Shown: positions 17,401 through 27,243, numbered from the stretch's first letter. The stretch is DNA of 64,000 nt from Gemmatimonadota bacterium (GCA_040389905.1 JAZJZK010000003.1:1-64000), one strand, 5' to 3'. Program-made: numbers and translations. Notes: generated by a model not told the origin, from the letters alone.

Positions 17401-20031
17401 CTATGGAACAGCCGCCCGCGCCAATTCACGCTTGAGCTCGGCATAGGCTGGGCTCGCGCTCAACTCCACGAAGTCGCGATCGAGGTGCACCGTGCCCGGC
17501 GCGATATCCATCAGCCGGTAGCCGCGCTTGACTGCCGCGCGCAACAGCATGACCGCATCATCGATCCTGCCGCCGGCGGCCGCGAGGTGCGCTCGCCATG
17601 TGTTGGCCTCGCCGATGAAATACGCCTGGGGAACGGCAGCGAGCTCACTGTCGATCCGCGCGGCTGTTGTGTTGTCTCCCGTTCGGACGGCGATCGCTCC
17701 AAGCCTGCCCTTGGCAGCGAGGTCCGACGGATCGGCCTGTGCGAGGGCGGTGAGAACGACTTTCGCTTCCGCATACCGGCCGAGATCGTATAGCACCGTC
17801 GCTTGGAAGTTCCGCTCCATTGGTGATGCCGATACGGGTGTGCTCCGCTGCTCATCGGCGAGTGCGCGCAGCATCGAATCAGCCGCTGCCGCGTGCCCGT
17901 GGTGCCGAAGCTCCTGCGCGGATGCGAGCGACAGCTCGATCTTTCCAGCGCGAGGATTGCTATCGGTCGGTAGTCCGGCGGACAGGAGGTCGTGCAAGGC
18001 CTGTGTTCGGCCGGCCGTCGCGAGTACGCGGGCCATCGTTTGAATCGAGGGAGTCGCCGATGCGAATCGCTCCATTCCCGACTTTGCCGATATTTCTTCG
18101 GCGGCGTACTTCTCTCCCTCGTGCTCTGCTTCCGCGCGCCATTGCCAGTACACGGGCGAGATGAGATTGATGCCGCGATTTGGATCGGAGGTCTTGAGGG
18201 CGGCCAGGGCTTCCTCGGGTCTTCCCACGTACAGGGCGGAAAGCACAACGGCGAGCGCCATTTCCGTGGACATGGGACTCAGTTGCATGCTCCGTCGCGC
18301 CGCGCGAAGACGGCCGTATGGATCACCCCGCAGGTCCGACTCGAATAGCTCGAGCCATTCGTGTTCGACGGCGTTCAGGCTCCGCGCATGTGGCCTGATC
18401 TTCCGCACAGTTTCCTCGGCTGCCGGCCAGATGCGCTTCACGTCGAGGATGTAGGCTCGTACGAGAAGCGGCGCCACGTAGTCCGGATCGATCTTCAGCG
18501 CCTCTCCAAGCAGGGAAAACACCCCAGCGGTGTCGGCGGGATCCTGGAAAAAGCGGCCGTACGCGCGAGTCACATAGGTGTAGGCTTCGTACGACGACGC
18601 GGGTACCAGCGCGAGCGTCCGGCCCTCCGCAGTCGTATCAGCGGCCTGCGCGACCCGAGCGAGCGTCGCGCGTCCCAATCGCTCGGCGAGCGGGATGGAG
18701 CCGACGGTGCCCTTGACGACGCCCTCGATCGGGGGGAAGCTCGCGCCTTCACGCCTGGTCGCCATGTCGATGAACTGCAGCGTCACACGGAGGGTGTCGC
18801 CATTCTTGTAGTAGCTGCCAACAACGGCCGTGTTCGCACCGATCTCGCTCGCCACGGCAAGGCCTCGCTCGTGCGGTCGGACGACGCTCGGCATGCGATC
18901 GATAATCTGCTTGGTGGCCGAGGCAGTTTTTGCGGACACCACTGCCACGTTCGCTCGACGAAGCGCTTCGATGACCGTTTCAGCGGCAAGGTCGCCGAAC
19001 ATGTTCAGCGTTGTGTCGCCGGTGAGGTTCTCGAGGGGCGCGACCACGTACAGGCCTGGCGTGATGGCGCCAGGCCCGCGAGTCAGCATCGTTCGCGCAA
19101 TCGACCGCGTCCTCTCGGGCACGCGCGCGTAGAGCAGAGTGCCGACTATGACGATCAACGTTAGGGCCGCAATGGCCACTGGCCACCGGCGGAACCGCGC
19201 CGCTGGCGCCACGACGGTGCCAGGCGCCTCACGCGTGGGTGACGTGGGTCCCTCGACGACCGTGGCCACGGCAGTTACGCTCGGCGGCGACGGTCGCACG
19301 ACCGCGACACTGCGCTGCCAGGTGCCGGCACGCATTGCGTCTGCCAGCGACGAGACATCGGACTCCGGCGCCGCGTCGAGCTCCTCGCGGACGAGCATCT
19401 CGTGCACGCGGTAGTGCTGGAGTGCGGCCGCGACATCCCCGGACTCCGCGAGCGAACGCATGAGGGCGAGTGTCACTCGGCCGCTCATGGGTTCCGCGGC
19501 GGCGAGTTGACGTCGAAAGGAAATTGCCGCGCGCCAGTCGCCTTCCGCTTCGGAGCGGGTCGCGAGTCGCTCGACGGCGTTGCTCCAGTGATGCGCGAGC
19601 CGCGCGCGTTCGTCGGCGGCCCAGCGCTCGAACTCGGGAGCATCCTTGAGGAACACGCCGTCGAGGAAGGGGCCCGTGTAAACGGCGACAGCGGCAGCAT
19701 CGTCACCACGCGCGACGGCCAGCTCGAAGTCGCGCAGGTCGGATTCGACGACGCTGGCGTTGAGGCACAGGGTCGCGGTGCCGACGATGGCGTCATCGCT
19801 GCCCAGATCGCGGCGGAGTGAGTAGACCGCCTGTTTCAGCGCGTGCCGCGCCCGCTCCGTGTCGCTTTCCGCCCAGAGGTAGACGAGCAGCTTGTCGCGG
19901 CTGATGCCCACTGTGCCGGCGGACGCGAGTAGCGCGAGCAGCGCGAGACGACTCCGTTGCGCCGCCGCTCCCGACATCGGAACGCCGTCGCTATTGAGCG
20001 CCAGACCACCGAAGGTCGTGAGACGAAGCAA
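17401..20031 (-). CDS. Membrane-anchored BTAD/SARP-type transcriptional regulator with C-terminal TPR-like region
   Basis: LRLTTFGGLAL; SRDKLLVYLW; ARHALKQAVYSLRRDLG; YTGPFLDG; EFERW; TM WPVAIAALTLIVIVGTLLY; VVAPLENLTGD domain. Probable TTG start at 20031. Confidence 0.85.
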   Translation of the reverse strand: MLRLTTFGGLALNSDGVPMSGAAAQRSRLALLALLASAGTVGISRDKLLVYLWAESDTERARHALKQAVYSLRRDLGSDDAIVGTATLCLNASVVESDLRDFELAVARGDDAAAVAVYTGPFLDGVFLKDAPEFERWAADERARLAHHWSNAVERLATRSEAEGDWRAAISFRRQLAAAEPMSGRVTLALMRSLAESGDVAAALQHYRVHEMLVREELDAAPESDVSSLADAMRAGTWQRSVAVVRPSPPSVTAVATVVEGPTSPTREAPGTVVAPAARFRRWPVAIAALTLIVIVGTLLYARVPERTRSIARTMLTRGPGAITPGLYVVAPLENLTGDTTLNMFGDLAAETVIEALRRANVAVVSAKTASATKQIIDRMPSVVRPHERGLAVASEIGANTAVVGSYYKNGDTLRVTLQFIDMATRREGASFPPIEGVVKGTVGSIPLAERLGRATLARVAQAADTTAEGRTLALVPASSYEAYTYVTRAYGRFFQDPADTAGVFSLLGEALKIDPDYVAPLLVRAYILDVKRIWPAAEETVRKIRPHARSLNAVEHEWLELFESDLRGDPYGRLRAARRSMQLSPMSTEMALAVVLSALYVGRPEEALAALKTSDPNRGINLISPVYWQWRAEAEHEGEKYAAEEISAKSGMERFASATPSIQTMARVLATAGRTQALHDLLSAGLPTDSNPRAGKIELSLASAQELRHHGHAAAADSMLRALADEQRSTPVSASPMERNFQATVLYDLGRYAEAKVVLTALAQADPSDLAAKGRLGAIAVRTGDNTTAARIDSELAAVPQAYFIGEANTWRAHLAAAGGRIDDAVMLLRAAVKRGYRLMDIAPGTVHLDRDFVELSASPAYAELKRELARAAVP

Positions 20032-20176
20032 TGTCGGTGTGTGTCCTGGGAGGAAGGGTTGGCAAACGTAGCGCGCACGGCGCGGCACATCAACAAGGGA
20101 GGCGCATTCGAAGCTCTCACGAAGTGTGCGACCATCGGCTATCGTCCCCCTCCAATATGGATTGCCTGGAGCGCGA

Positions 20177-21709
20177 ATGACCCGCCTGCGTAGACAGTTG
20201 TTTCCATCGTTTCTCGTGCTGTGCGCCTGTGGTGGTGGTGCCGACGGTGTTACGACCTCGTCGTCGGCGTCACCAAACGCGGTAACGAGCCTTGCCGCGA
20301 CGCCGGTCGCGGCAGTCACGGTGGGTGGGACGGCGTACTTCTCGTCGACGCGGCTCAACGTGTCGTGGACGGCTCCAGCGCGCGGGAGTGCGGTGCGCTA
20401 CGCCGTGGCATGGACGGATCAAATCGCCAAGGTGCGCGCTGTGAGAACGACCACGACCCTCGGTTTTGGACTGAGCGAGCTCAAGGCTGGAACGCCCTAC
20501 AAGATCGACGTCACGGCGTGCACCACAGACGCGTGCGCCGATACTGCCGTCGCCAGCACCACGGTGACCACGGCGGGAGAAGTCTGGCAACTCCAGGGGA
20601 CTGGAGCGTCTGTTGTCGGCCTCTTGCGGATTGTGTCGGATGGCAACGTGAAGCTGCACGTGATGCGTTACGGACAGGACGCTCCGCCGGCGCTCGCGGG
20701 CCGGTTGCTGATGTACTACGGTCCGATGCAAGCCAATGCCAAAGGGCTCGCAGCGGGAGTGACGGTGCTCTCGGCGTCGGTTGGCACGAGTAGCAGCTAT
20801 CTGTCGTTCTCCAGCCGAGCGGGGTCGTCGGGCCTCATTTCGCCACCGACCGCAGCCGCGCTCGTGAAGGAGGTCAACACAGGGCAGGGCGTTCCGCTGT
20901 CGGGGGTTGCGGGCGGCAAGGTCCGGTTGTTTTACGAGGCGACGGACGCCACCAATAAGACGCGAATTCTTTCGGTGGATTCGCAGGACGGGTACACCGG
21001 TCTCGATTTCAATTCCGGCGCGAGCACAGTCTGCGCCACGGCTGCCGATTACGCGACTGGAGGAGGCTGTGCGCCAAGCGTGGTGATCGGTCTCGAAGGC
21101 GACGCCGTCAATCCGAATGCGCGGATCACCAACGCCCGGCAACACAAGATTGGATATCCAACGCAAACCGACTGGCGCTGGGACGGATCTCCGGGCACCT
21201 ACATGCTCTTCACCACCGACGCGTTAGGCGCGTGTTCCACGTTCCCGCAGAACCACGGATATGCGGTGTGGAGTGGAACGCGGTGGGACGTCCAATACGA
21301 TGCCGGCGGATGCCCGAAATTGTTCAAGAGCGTTCAGGCGGCACATCCGCTGCACCTGGGCGGCGTAAAGTACAAGCTCTACTACGGTGACCCTTCCGAT
21401 GCGAACGGAAAGGTGACCACCTCGCCGCTGCCTTTTCTCGGACCGAAGAAGTTGATGTACGCCGACGGTGCACTCACGGGCACGGCGACGCGAGTGGATT
21501 TCGAGGATTGGGAGGGGACGGCGGCAGGCAGGATCATCACCTTCCTCTGGCCTGACGGCTCGCCGCTGAACGCGACGGCGCGCGGGTACATCGATGACTT
21601 CAGTATCGTCGCGCCGACGGGCGATCTGGCGTTGCAGGTGTTTTACGTCGCGATCACCGACGGAAATATCGCTCCGTTCAGTTCGGCGGCGGTGTTGATC
21701 AATCCGTGA
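20177..21709 (+). CDS. Putative lipoprotein with fibronectin type III domain and uncharacterised C-terminal domain
   Basis: Lipobox LCAC|GGG; FN3 pattern LNVSWTAP...Y...LKAGTPYKIDVTAC; paired cysteines. Confidence 0.7.
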   Translation: MTRLRRQLFPSFLVLCACGGGADGVTTSSSASPNAVTSLAATPVAAVTVGGTAYFSSTRLNVSWTAPARGSAVRYAVAWTDQIAKVRAVRTTTTLGFGLSELKAGTPYKIDVTACTTDACADTAVASTTVTTAGEVWQLQGTGASVVGLLRIVSDGNVKLHVMRYGQDAPPALAGRLLMYYGPMQANAKGLAAGVTVLSASVGTSSSYLSFSSRAGSSGLISPPTAAALVKEVNTGQGVPLSGVAGGKVRLFYEATDATNKTRILSVDSQDGYTGLDFNSGASTVCATAADYATGGGCAPSVVIGLEGDAVNPNARITNARQHKIGYPTQTDWRWDGSPGTYMLFTTDALGACSTFPQNHGYAVWSGTRWDVQYDAGGCPKLFKSVQAAHPLHLGGVKYKLYYGDPSDANGKVTTSPLPFLGPKKLMYADGALTGTATRVDFEDWEGTAAGRIITFLWPDGSPLNATARGYIDDFSIVAPTGDLALQVFYVAITDGNIAPFSSAAVLINP

Positions 21710-21822
21710 AGGCAGCTGGGCGCCGCAGCCGCAAGGGATAATACGGCTCGCGTGCGTCGCGGCAAGGTTGCTGGGAGTCGTCTGAAGCCACTGGATTGCG
21801 AAACTGGCGTGCAGGCCCCATC

Positions 21823-21852
21823 GGTATTACCTTTCACCAAGGAGGTAATACC
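21823..21852 (+). promoter_or_regulatory. Palindromic operator/hairpin overlapping the antitoxin RBS
   Basis: GGTATTACCT-N10-AGGTAATACC is a perfect 10-bp inverted repeat immediately before ATG 21853. It overlaps GGAGG. Confidence 0.7.
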
Positions 21853-22092
21853 ATGTCAAAACCCATGCACACGGCCTCTTTCAAACTGACGCAGCAGATC
21901 GACGATGCATTGACGGCATTGGCGCGACGTCGCGGCGCCAGTCGCTCGGCGTTGGTCAGGGAGGCACTTGCCGCATACACCTTGGACAAACCGCGATCGA
22001 TCACGTCAGCCGTGGATGAATTGAGCAGCGACGTCGAGGGGCCGCCTGACCTGTCGACGAACCCCAACTACATGGCCGGCTTCGGGAAGTGA
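21853..22092 (+). CDS. Ribbon-helix-helix (CopG-like) antitoxin
   Basis: TASFKL...LTALARRRGASRSALVREAL; C-terminal GPPDLSTNPNYMAGFG; strong SD; GTGA overlap with the PIN gene. Confidence 0.88.
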   Translation: MSKPMHTASFKLTQQIDDALTALARRRGASRSALVREALAAYTLDKPRSITSAVDELSSDVEGPPDLSTNPNYMAGFGK

Positions 22093-22514
22093 CTCGGATC
22101 GTCGTCGATACCGGCCCTCTTGTCGCCCTACGGAACCGGCGAGACGCAAAGCACGCATGGACACGGAAGGTGCTCGATACGATCGCGCCACCACTCTGGA
22201 CGTGCGACGCCGTCGTCACCGAAGCCTGCTTTCTGCTCCGACACGTGACAGGGGGGCAGGACTCGATCCTCGAGTTGCTGGCAGCGGACATTCTCCGGAT
22301 CGACTTCAATTTCTCGGTTGAGGTCGCCCAAGTACGGACGCTCATGTCCAGATTTCAGAGCGTGCCAATGTCGTTTGCCGATGCGTGCCTGGTGCGAATG
22401 ACGGAGTTGGTGCCGAAGAGTACTGTCCTCACGCTCGATAACGACTTTCTTGTCTATCGTCGCAACCGGCGTCTGGTTGTTCCGACCATCATGCCCCGGG
22501 GCGCCAGCATCTAA
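22089..22514 (+). CDS. vapC: PIN-domain (VapC-like) toxin
   Basis: IVVDTGPLVAL, VVTEACFLL, MSFADACL, LTLDNDF (acidic PIN residues). Confidence 0.88.
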   Translation: MTRIVVDTGPLVALRNRRDAKHAWTRKVLDTIAPPLWTCDAVVTEACFLLRHVTGGQDSILELLAADILRIDFNFSVEVAQVRTLMSRFQSVPMSFADACLVRMTELVPKSTVLTLDNDFLVYRRNRRLVVPTIMPRGASI

Positions 22515-22576
22515 ACTCGGCGAGTGCTCGGAGTCCGCGTACCCATGTTCATCCCAGCGTTCGAACAGGTGCAAGA

Positions 22577-24637
22577 ATGTCCTCGTGCGTGAAGGCGGTG
22601 CTCATCGCGATGCTCTCCGGCGCTGGTATCGCGCATGCCCAAACCTCCGCCGACTGGCCGGTATACGGCGGTAACGAAGAGCACTCGCACTACTCGAAGC
22701 TTACGCAGATCTCTCCCGCCAATGTGCGGAAACTCACGGTCGCGTGGACCTTCGAGACGCACGATGAATTCTCCGGCTCGGAGATGCAGGCCAATCCGAT
22801 CGTCGTCGATGGCGTGCTGTACGCCACGACCCCCAAGCTTCAGGTCTTCGCACTGAATGCGGCCACCGGTAAGGAGATCTGGCGCTTCGATCCGCAGAAC
22901 GGCGCGCCGGCGACATCGCGCATTCGCCACCGCGGCGTCATCGTCACCGGCGATCGCGTGATCTTCAACTACCGCAATCGGCTCTACGCCCTCGACAAGA
23001 CGACCGGGAAGCCCATTCGCACCTTCGGCGATAGCGGCTGGATCGACCTGCGCGCTGGCCTGGGGCGTCCCGTCGAAGGGCTTTCCGTCAGCGCGAGCTC
23101 GCCGGGAGTCATCTTCGAAGACATGCTGATCATGGGGAGTACGGTGCCCGAAGCGCTGCCCAGTTCACCCGGTGATATTCGTGCGTTCGACGTGAAGACC
23201 GGTGCGCTGCGTTGGAGCTTTCACACCATTCCGCATCCGGGCGAGTTTGGCTACGAGAGCTGGCCGCCTGACGCCTGGAAGTACGCGGGAGGTGTGAACG
23301 CATGGTCGGGCGTTACGATCGATTCCAGGCGCGCGATCGTGTTCGCCGCGACAGGATCGGCGTCGTACGACTTCTATGGCGGCAATCGGCTCGGCGACAA
23401 TCTGTTTGCCAATAGCGTCATTGCCCTCGATGCGCGCACCGGAAAGCGCGTCTGGCACTATCAGGTGATCAAGCACGATCTATGGGATCGCGACCTTCCC
23501 GCCGCTCCCGTGCTCGTGACGGTGAGGCACAGCGGCAAGGTGATCGATGCGATCGCACAGATCACCAAGACCGGCCACGTTTACGTGCTCGATCGCGAGA
23601 AGGGAACGCCACTCTTTCCGGTCAAGGAGTTCAAGGTGCCCGCCGCGGTGCTCGCGGGCGACAAGACCGCGGAGACGCAGCACTTTCCCGTGATGCCGCC
23701 GGCGTTTTCGCGGCAACAGATCACGCTCAGGGACCTCACGACGCGAACACCGGCGGCACATGCGTCGGCGCTGAAAGTGTTCAAGGAGTTCGGCGCAAAG
23801 CATCCCTTCGATCCGCCGAATGAAAAGGGGATCATCATCTTCCCCGGCGTCGACGGCGGTGGTGAGTGGGGCGGGCCGGCGTTCGATCCCACCAGCGGAT
23901 TGCTCTACGTCAACGCCAATGAAATGGGGTGGTTGCTCAAGCTCGTTCCGCGGACCGACCAGTCGCTGTATGCCGCAAACTGCGCGAGCTGCCATGGCGA
24001 CGATCGTCGCGGGAACGCGATGGCCCCTTCGCTCGTGGACATCGGCACGCGTCGAACGCGCGAACAAATCCTCCAGACCATTCGCGACGGGACGGGTCGC
24101 ATGCCCGCATTCGCCAGTGCCCTCGAGGGACGCGCCGTCACGGACATCGCGAACTTCCTGCTCACGGGGCAGGACGCGTCCGCGAAAGCGGACCCCGCAC
24201 CATTCGGCGTGCCGTACCGCAATGCCTACTTCGACATCTTTCTCGATCACGAGGGCTACCCCGCGATCAAGCCACCGTGGGGGACATTGAACGCCATCGA
24301 TCTCAACAAGGGAACGATCAAGTGGTCCATCCCCTTCGGCGAATACCCGAAGCTTGCAGCGAAGGGCCTTCGCAACACGGGGACTGACAGCTACGGTGGT
24401 GCCGTGGTGACAGAGAGCGGGTTGCTGCTTATTGGTGCGACGACCTACGACAACAAGTTCCGCGCGTTCCACAAGCGCTCTGGAAAGCTGCTCTGGTCGA
24501 CCACCCTGCCTGCGGCTGGCAATGCCACGCCATCCACCTACATGGTGAATGGCAAGCAGTACGTGGTCATCGCCTGCGGCGGCGGGAAGAACGGTGCGCC
24601 CAGTGGCGGCACGTACGTCGCCTTCGCGCTGCCCTAA
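22577..24637 (+). CDS. PQQ-binding beta-propeller dehydrogenase (quinoprotein glucose dehydrogenase-like) with internal cytochrome c domain
   Basis: DWPVYGG, ALDARTGKRVWHYQVIKHDLWDRD, GGGEWGG, CASCHG, PPWGTLNAID, ATPSTY; signal peptide. Confidence 0.9.
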   Translation: MSSCVKAVLIAMLSGAGIAHAQTSADWPVYGGNEEHSHYSKLTQISPANVRKLTVAWTFETHDEFSGSEMQANPIVVDGVLYATTPKLQVFALNAATGKEIWRFDPQNGAPATSRIRHRGVIVTGDRVIFNYRNRLYALDKTTGKPIRTFGDSGWIDLRAGLGRPVEGLSVSASSPGVIFEDMLIMGSTVPEALPSSPGDIRAFDVKTGALRWSFHTIPHPGEFGYESWPPDAWKYAGGVNAWSGVTIDSRRAIVFAATGSASYDFYGGNRLGDNLFANSVIALDARTGKRVWHYQVIKHDLWDRDLPAAPVLVTVRHSGKVIDAIAQITKTGHVYVLDREKGTPLFPVKEFKVPAAVLAGDKTAETQHFPVMPPAFSRQQITLRDLTTRTPAAHASALKVFKEFGAKHPFDPPNEKGIIIFPGVDGGGEWGGPAFDPTSGLLYVNANEMGWLLKLVPRTDQSLYAANCASCHGDDRRGNAMAPSLVDIGTRRTREQILQTIRDGTGRMPAFASALEGRAVTDIANFLLTGQDASAKADPAPFGVPYRNAYFDIFLDHEGYPAIKPPWGTLNAIDLNKGTIKWSIPFGEYPKLAAKGLRNTGTDSYGGAVVTESGLLLIGATTYDNKFRAFHKRSGKLLWSTTLPAAGNATPSTYMVNGKQYVVIACGGGKNGAPSGGTYVAFALP

Positions 24638-24641
24638 TTTT

Positions 24642-24700
24642 CGCTCGTTTTGTCGCCCTTCATGCCGCTCGTTTTGTCGCCCTGAGCGCAGCGAAGGGCC
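24642..24700. repeat. REP-like element (TTGTCGCCCTGAGCGCAGCGAAGGG family) with an 18-bp direct duplication
   Basis: CGCTCGTTTTGTCGCCCT occurs at 24642 and 24666. 24670-24700 matches 27358-27388 at 30/31 positions. Confidence 0.8.
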
Positions 24701-24742
24701 TGGATCTCCCCCGCTCTTTGCGTCCCTGCCACTACGCTGCGC

Positions 24743-25249
24743 TTATGGCGCGACGGCGCTCGACGGTCGTGCACGTGGAGCTTCGATTGCCGACGCGTCC
24801 GCAGGCGTCGCGCCAGGTCGCACCTCGGTATGCCGAACCTGTCCGCCGAGTAGCCCGGTGTACGCCATCAACCCGCTAACGGCGAGACTGCCGAGGAGCG
24901 CGACGGTGAACGCCGCACCGGGAATCGGCTCGCGCCGCCAGCGTGCCAGTATTCCCGCAGAAACGAGGGCGACGGCCACCGCGGCGAGGAACGCCGTATC
25001 CGCCATCTCCTCATGCTCGTGAATCGCGGCACGCGTGATCCCCGGCAACCCGCGCACGGCGTCCTCCGCAGGCTCGCCTGTGTACTTCGCGCCAGTGCCG
25101 GCCAGGCCAACCACAACGAGAAGTACGAGGGCAGTCCGTGCCAGGATTTCACCGCCGTACCATCGCGATACGAGTAACAGAAGAACGGCGAGGATCGCGC
25201 CGAGGATGGGCACGTGGTTGATGAGCAGGTGCAGGTGTGCTCCGGTCAT
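24743..25249 (-). CDS. DUF2231-like membrane protein (His-rich, 4 TM)
   Basis: HLHLLINHVPI, TGEPAED, IHEHEEMA, TGLLGGQVRHTE; ATG at 25249. Confidence 0.65.
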   Translation of the reverse strand: MTGAHLHLLINHVPILGAILAVLLLLVSRWYGGEILARTALVLLVVVGLAGTGAKYTGEPAEDAVRGLPGITRAAIHEHEEMADTAFLAAVAVALVSAGILARWRREPIPGAAFTVALLGSLAVSGLMAYTGLLGGQVRHTEVRPGATPADASAIEAPRARPSSAVAP

Positions 25250-25382
25250 GTCAGGTCGTCGCGATGAGGGTGTCCGCACAGAGTCTCGCTGAGACCCTTG
25301 CAAGAACGGGACGCATGTGGCGGCCCGGTCGATCGAGGCGGGTGCTCCCCCGACATCGACTCTCCCCATACATTCTCGTCCC

Positions 25383-25508
25383 ATGACCGACGCCGAAACC
25401 GAGTCCCCTCCGCCTGGCCGCTTCCGCCAGAACCTGATTCGCGTCATGAGCGTGCAGATCATCACGCTCGTGCTCCTCTGGCTCCTCCAGCACAGGTATT
25501 CCCGCTGA
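25383..25508 (+). CDS. Small single-TM protein coupled to the sodium:solute symporter
   Basis: 41 aa with hydrophobic stretch VMSVQIITLVLLWLL; TGATG stop/start overlap with the symporter. Confidence 0.6.
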   Translation: MTDAETESPPPGRFRQNLIRVMSVQIITLVLLWLLQHRYSR

Positions 25509-27208
25509 TGCGCGCCATGCACCCGCTCAACTGGGTCGTCGTGATTGCGTGGCTGTCATACGTGGCCATCGACGGACTGCGACGAGCCCGCGGCACCAAG
25601 CACATCGAGGGGTACTTCCTCGCCAACCGGAATCTTCCCTGGTGGGCCGTCGGACTTTCCGTCATGGCGACGCAGTTGTCGGCCGTCACGATGATCGGCA
25701 CCACGGGGCAAGGCGCCGTCGACGGCATGCGCTTCGTGCAATTCTACTTCGGCCTTCCGCTCGCGATGGTCATCCTCGGCGTGACGCTCGTGCCCTTTCT
25801 GCATGGCGCCAAGGTGTTCACCGCGTACGAGTACCTGGAGCGCCGGTTCGACGCGAAGACCCGGTCGCTCACCGCGTTTCTGTTTCTGCTGTCGCGCGGC
25901 ATGTCGTGCGGGACGATTCTCGCCGCACCGGCCGTGGTCTTCTCGGCAATCTTCGGCTGGCCCCTCGGCTGGTGCGTGTTGCTGATGGGTATTCCCACGG
26001 TGCTCTACACGATGATCGGCGGCGTTCAGGCCGTCACGTGGGCCGACGTGAAGCAGATGGTGCTCATCGTCGTCGCGATCACGGCGGTCGTCACCGTGTT
26101 GCTCATACGCATTCCCGTCTCGCCCGGAGATGCGCTGCACCTGGCCGGCGCGGCGGGCCGCCTCAAGGTGTTCGATTTCAGCTTCAGCCTGAAGAATACC
26201 TACACGTTCTGGTCCGGCATCATCGGCGGAACGTTCCTGATGCTTTCCTACTTCGGAACAGACCAGAGCCAGGTCCAGCGGTATCTCACAGCACGTTCGG
26301 TGGATGAAGCGCGCAGTTCACTCCTCATCAGTGCGTACTGGAAGATTCCCCTTCAGGCGCTGATTCTCATGATCGGTGTGCTGGTGTTCGTGTTCTATCA
26401 GTTCACCGCGCCCCCGATGCTGTACAATCCGGTGCAGGCGGCGAAGGTGCGCGAGGCGCAGCCCGCGGCGCTCGCCGCACTGCAGTCGCGCTATGACACC
26501 GCCGTCACCACGCGCACCGCCGCGGCTCGCGCCGTTTCCGTCGCGCGCAAGGCCGGCGACGATGAGGCTAGCGTCGCCACTGCGGCATTCAAGCGCAGTG
26601 ACTCCGTGGCAACCGCCGTTCGCGGTGAAGCGCTCACGCTCGTCGAGAAAACCACCGGTGAAGGGTCGCGGGACGTCAACTACATCATCCCGACCTTCGT
26701 CGTCGAGCAATTGCCGATTGGCCTCGCTGGACTGTTCATCGCGGGCGTCATGGCCGCGGCGATGTCCGCGATCGCCGCGGAGTTGAACTCACTGGCCACG
26801 GCGACGGTGATCGATTTCTATCGCCGGTGGTTCAGGAAGGAAGCACCCGACGCCCATTTTCTCACCGTGTCCAAGGGCGCGACGGCGTTCTGGGGCTTGT
26901 TCGCCTGTATCGTCGCATCGTATGCCGCGACACTCGGCTCACTCATCGAGGTCGTGAATCGTTTCGGCTCATTCTTCTACGGTTCGATACTCGGCGTGTT
27001 CCTGCTCGCGATGATTCCGCGCGCGCGCGCGACTGGCGCGTTTGTCGGATTGATCGTCGGTATGTCCACCGTCGCCGCGGTCAACTTCGGTGCACCGCAG
27101 GTGGCGTTTCTGTGGCACAATGTCATCGGGGCGGTGACGGTGGTCGTGGTGGGGCTACTTCTCAGTGGCTTCCGTGGGCAACGCGTAGGTGAGGCGACTA
27201 CCGCCTAA
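25508..27208 (+). CDS. Sodium:solute symporter (SSS/SLC5 family)
   Basis: YFLANRNLPWWAVGLSVMATQLS, TAYEYLERRF, GTDQSQVQRYL, AAAMS...ELNSLAT. Confidence 0.93.
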   Translation: MRAMHPLNWVVVIAWLSYVAIDGLRRARGTKHIEGYFLANRNLPWWAVGLSVMATQLSAVTMIGTTGQGAVDGMRFVQFYFGLPLAMVILGVTLVPFLHGAKVFTAYEYLERRFDAKTRSLTAFLFLLSRGMSCGTILAAPAVVFSAIFGWPLGWCVLLMGIPTVLYTMIGGVQAVTWADVKQMVLIVVAITAVVTVLLIRIPVSPGDALHLAGAAGRLKVFDFSFSLKNTYTFWSGIIGGTFLMLSYFGTDQSQVQRYLTARSVDEARSSLLISAYWKIPLQALILMIGVLVFVFYQFTAPPMLYNPVQAAKVREAQPAALAALQSRYDTAVTTRTAAARAVSVARKAGDDEASVATAAFKRSDSVATAVRGEALTLVEKTTGEGSRDVNYIIPTFVVEQLPIGLAGLFIAGVMAAAMSAIAAELNSLATATVIDFYRRWFRKEAPDAHFLTVSKGATAFWGLFACIVASYAATLGSLIEVVNRFGSFFYGSILGVFLLAMIPRARATGAFVGLIVGMSTVAAVNFGAPQVAFLWHNVIGAVTVVVVGLLLSGFRGQRVGEATTA

Positions 27209-27243
27209 CAACATCGTCGACGGCACAAGTCTCGAACCGCACG

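Noticed and set aside
20032..20358. Upstream extensions of ORF-track calls (also 10763-10936, 48178-48690, 15230-15325)
   Set aside because: They overlap neighbouring genes; recognisable domains or signal peptides begin at downstream starts.
25328..25356. Second ECF42-like promoter upstream of the DUF2231-like gene
   Set aside because: TGTCGG-N18-CGAC deviates in both the -35 sequence and the spacing; too weak to call.
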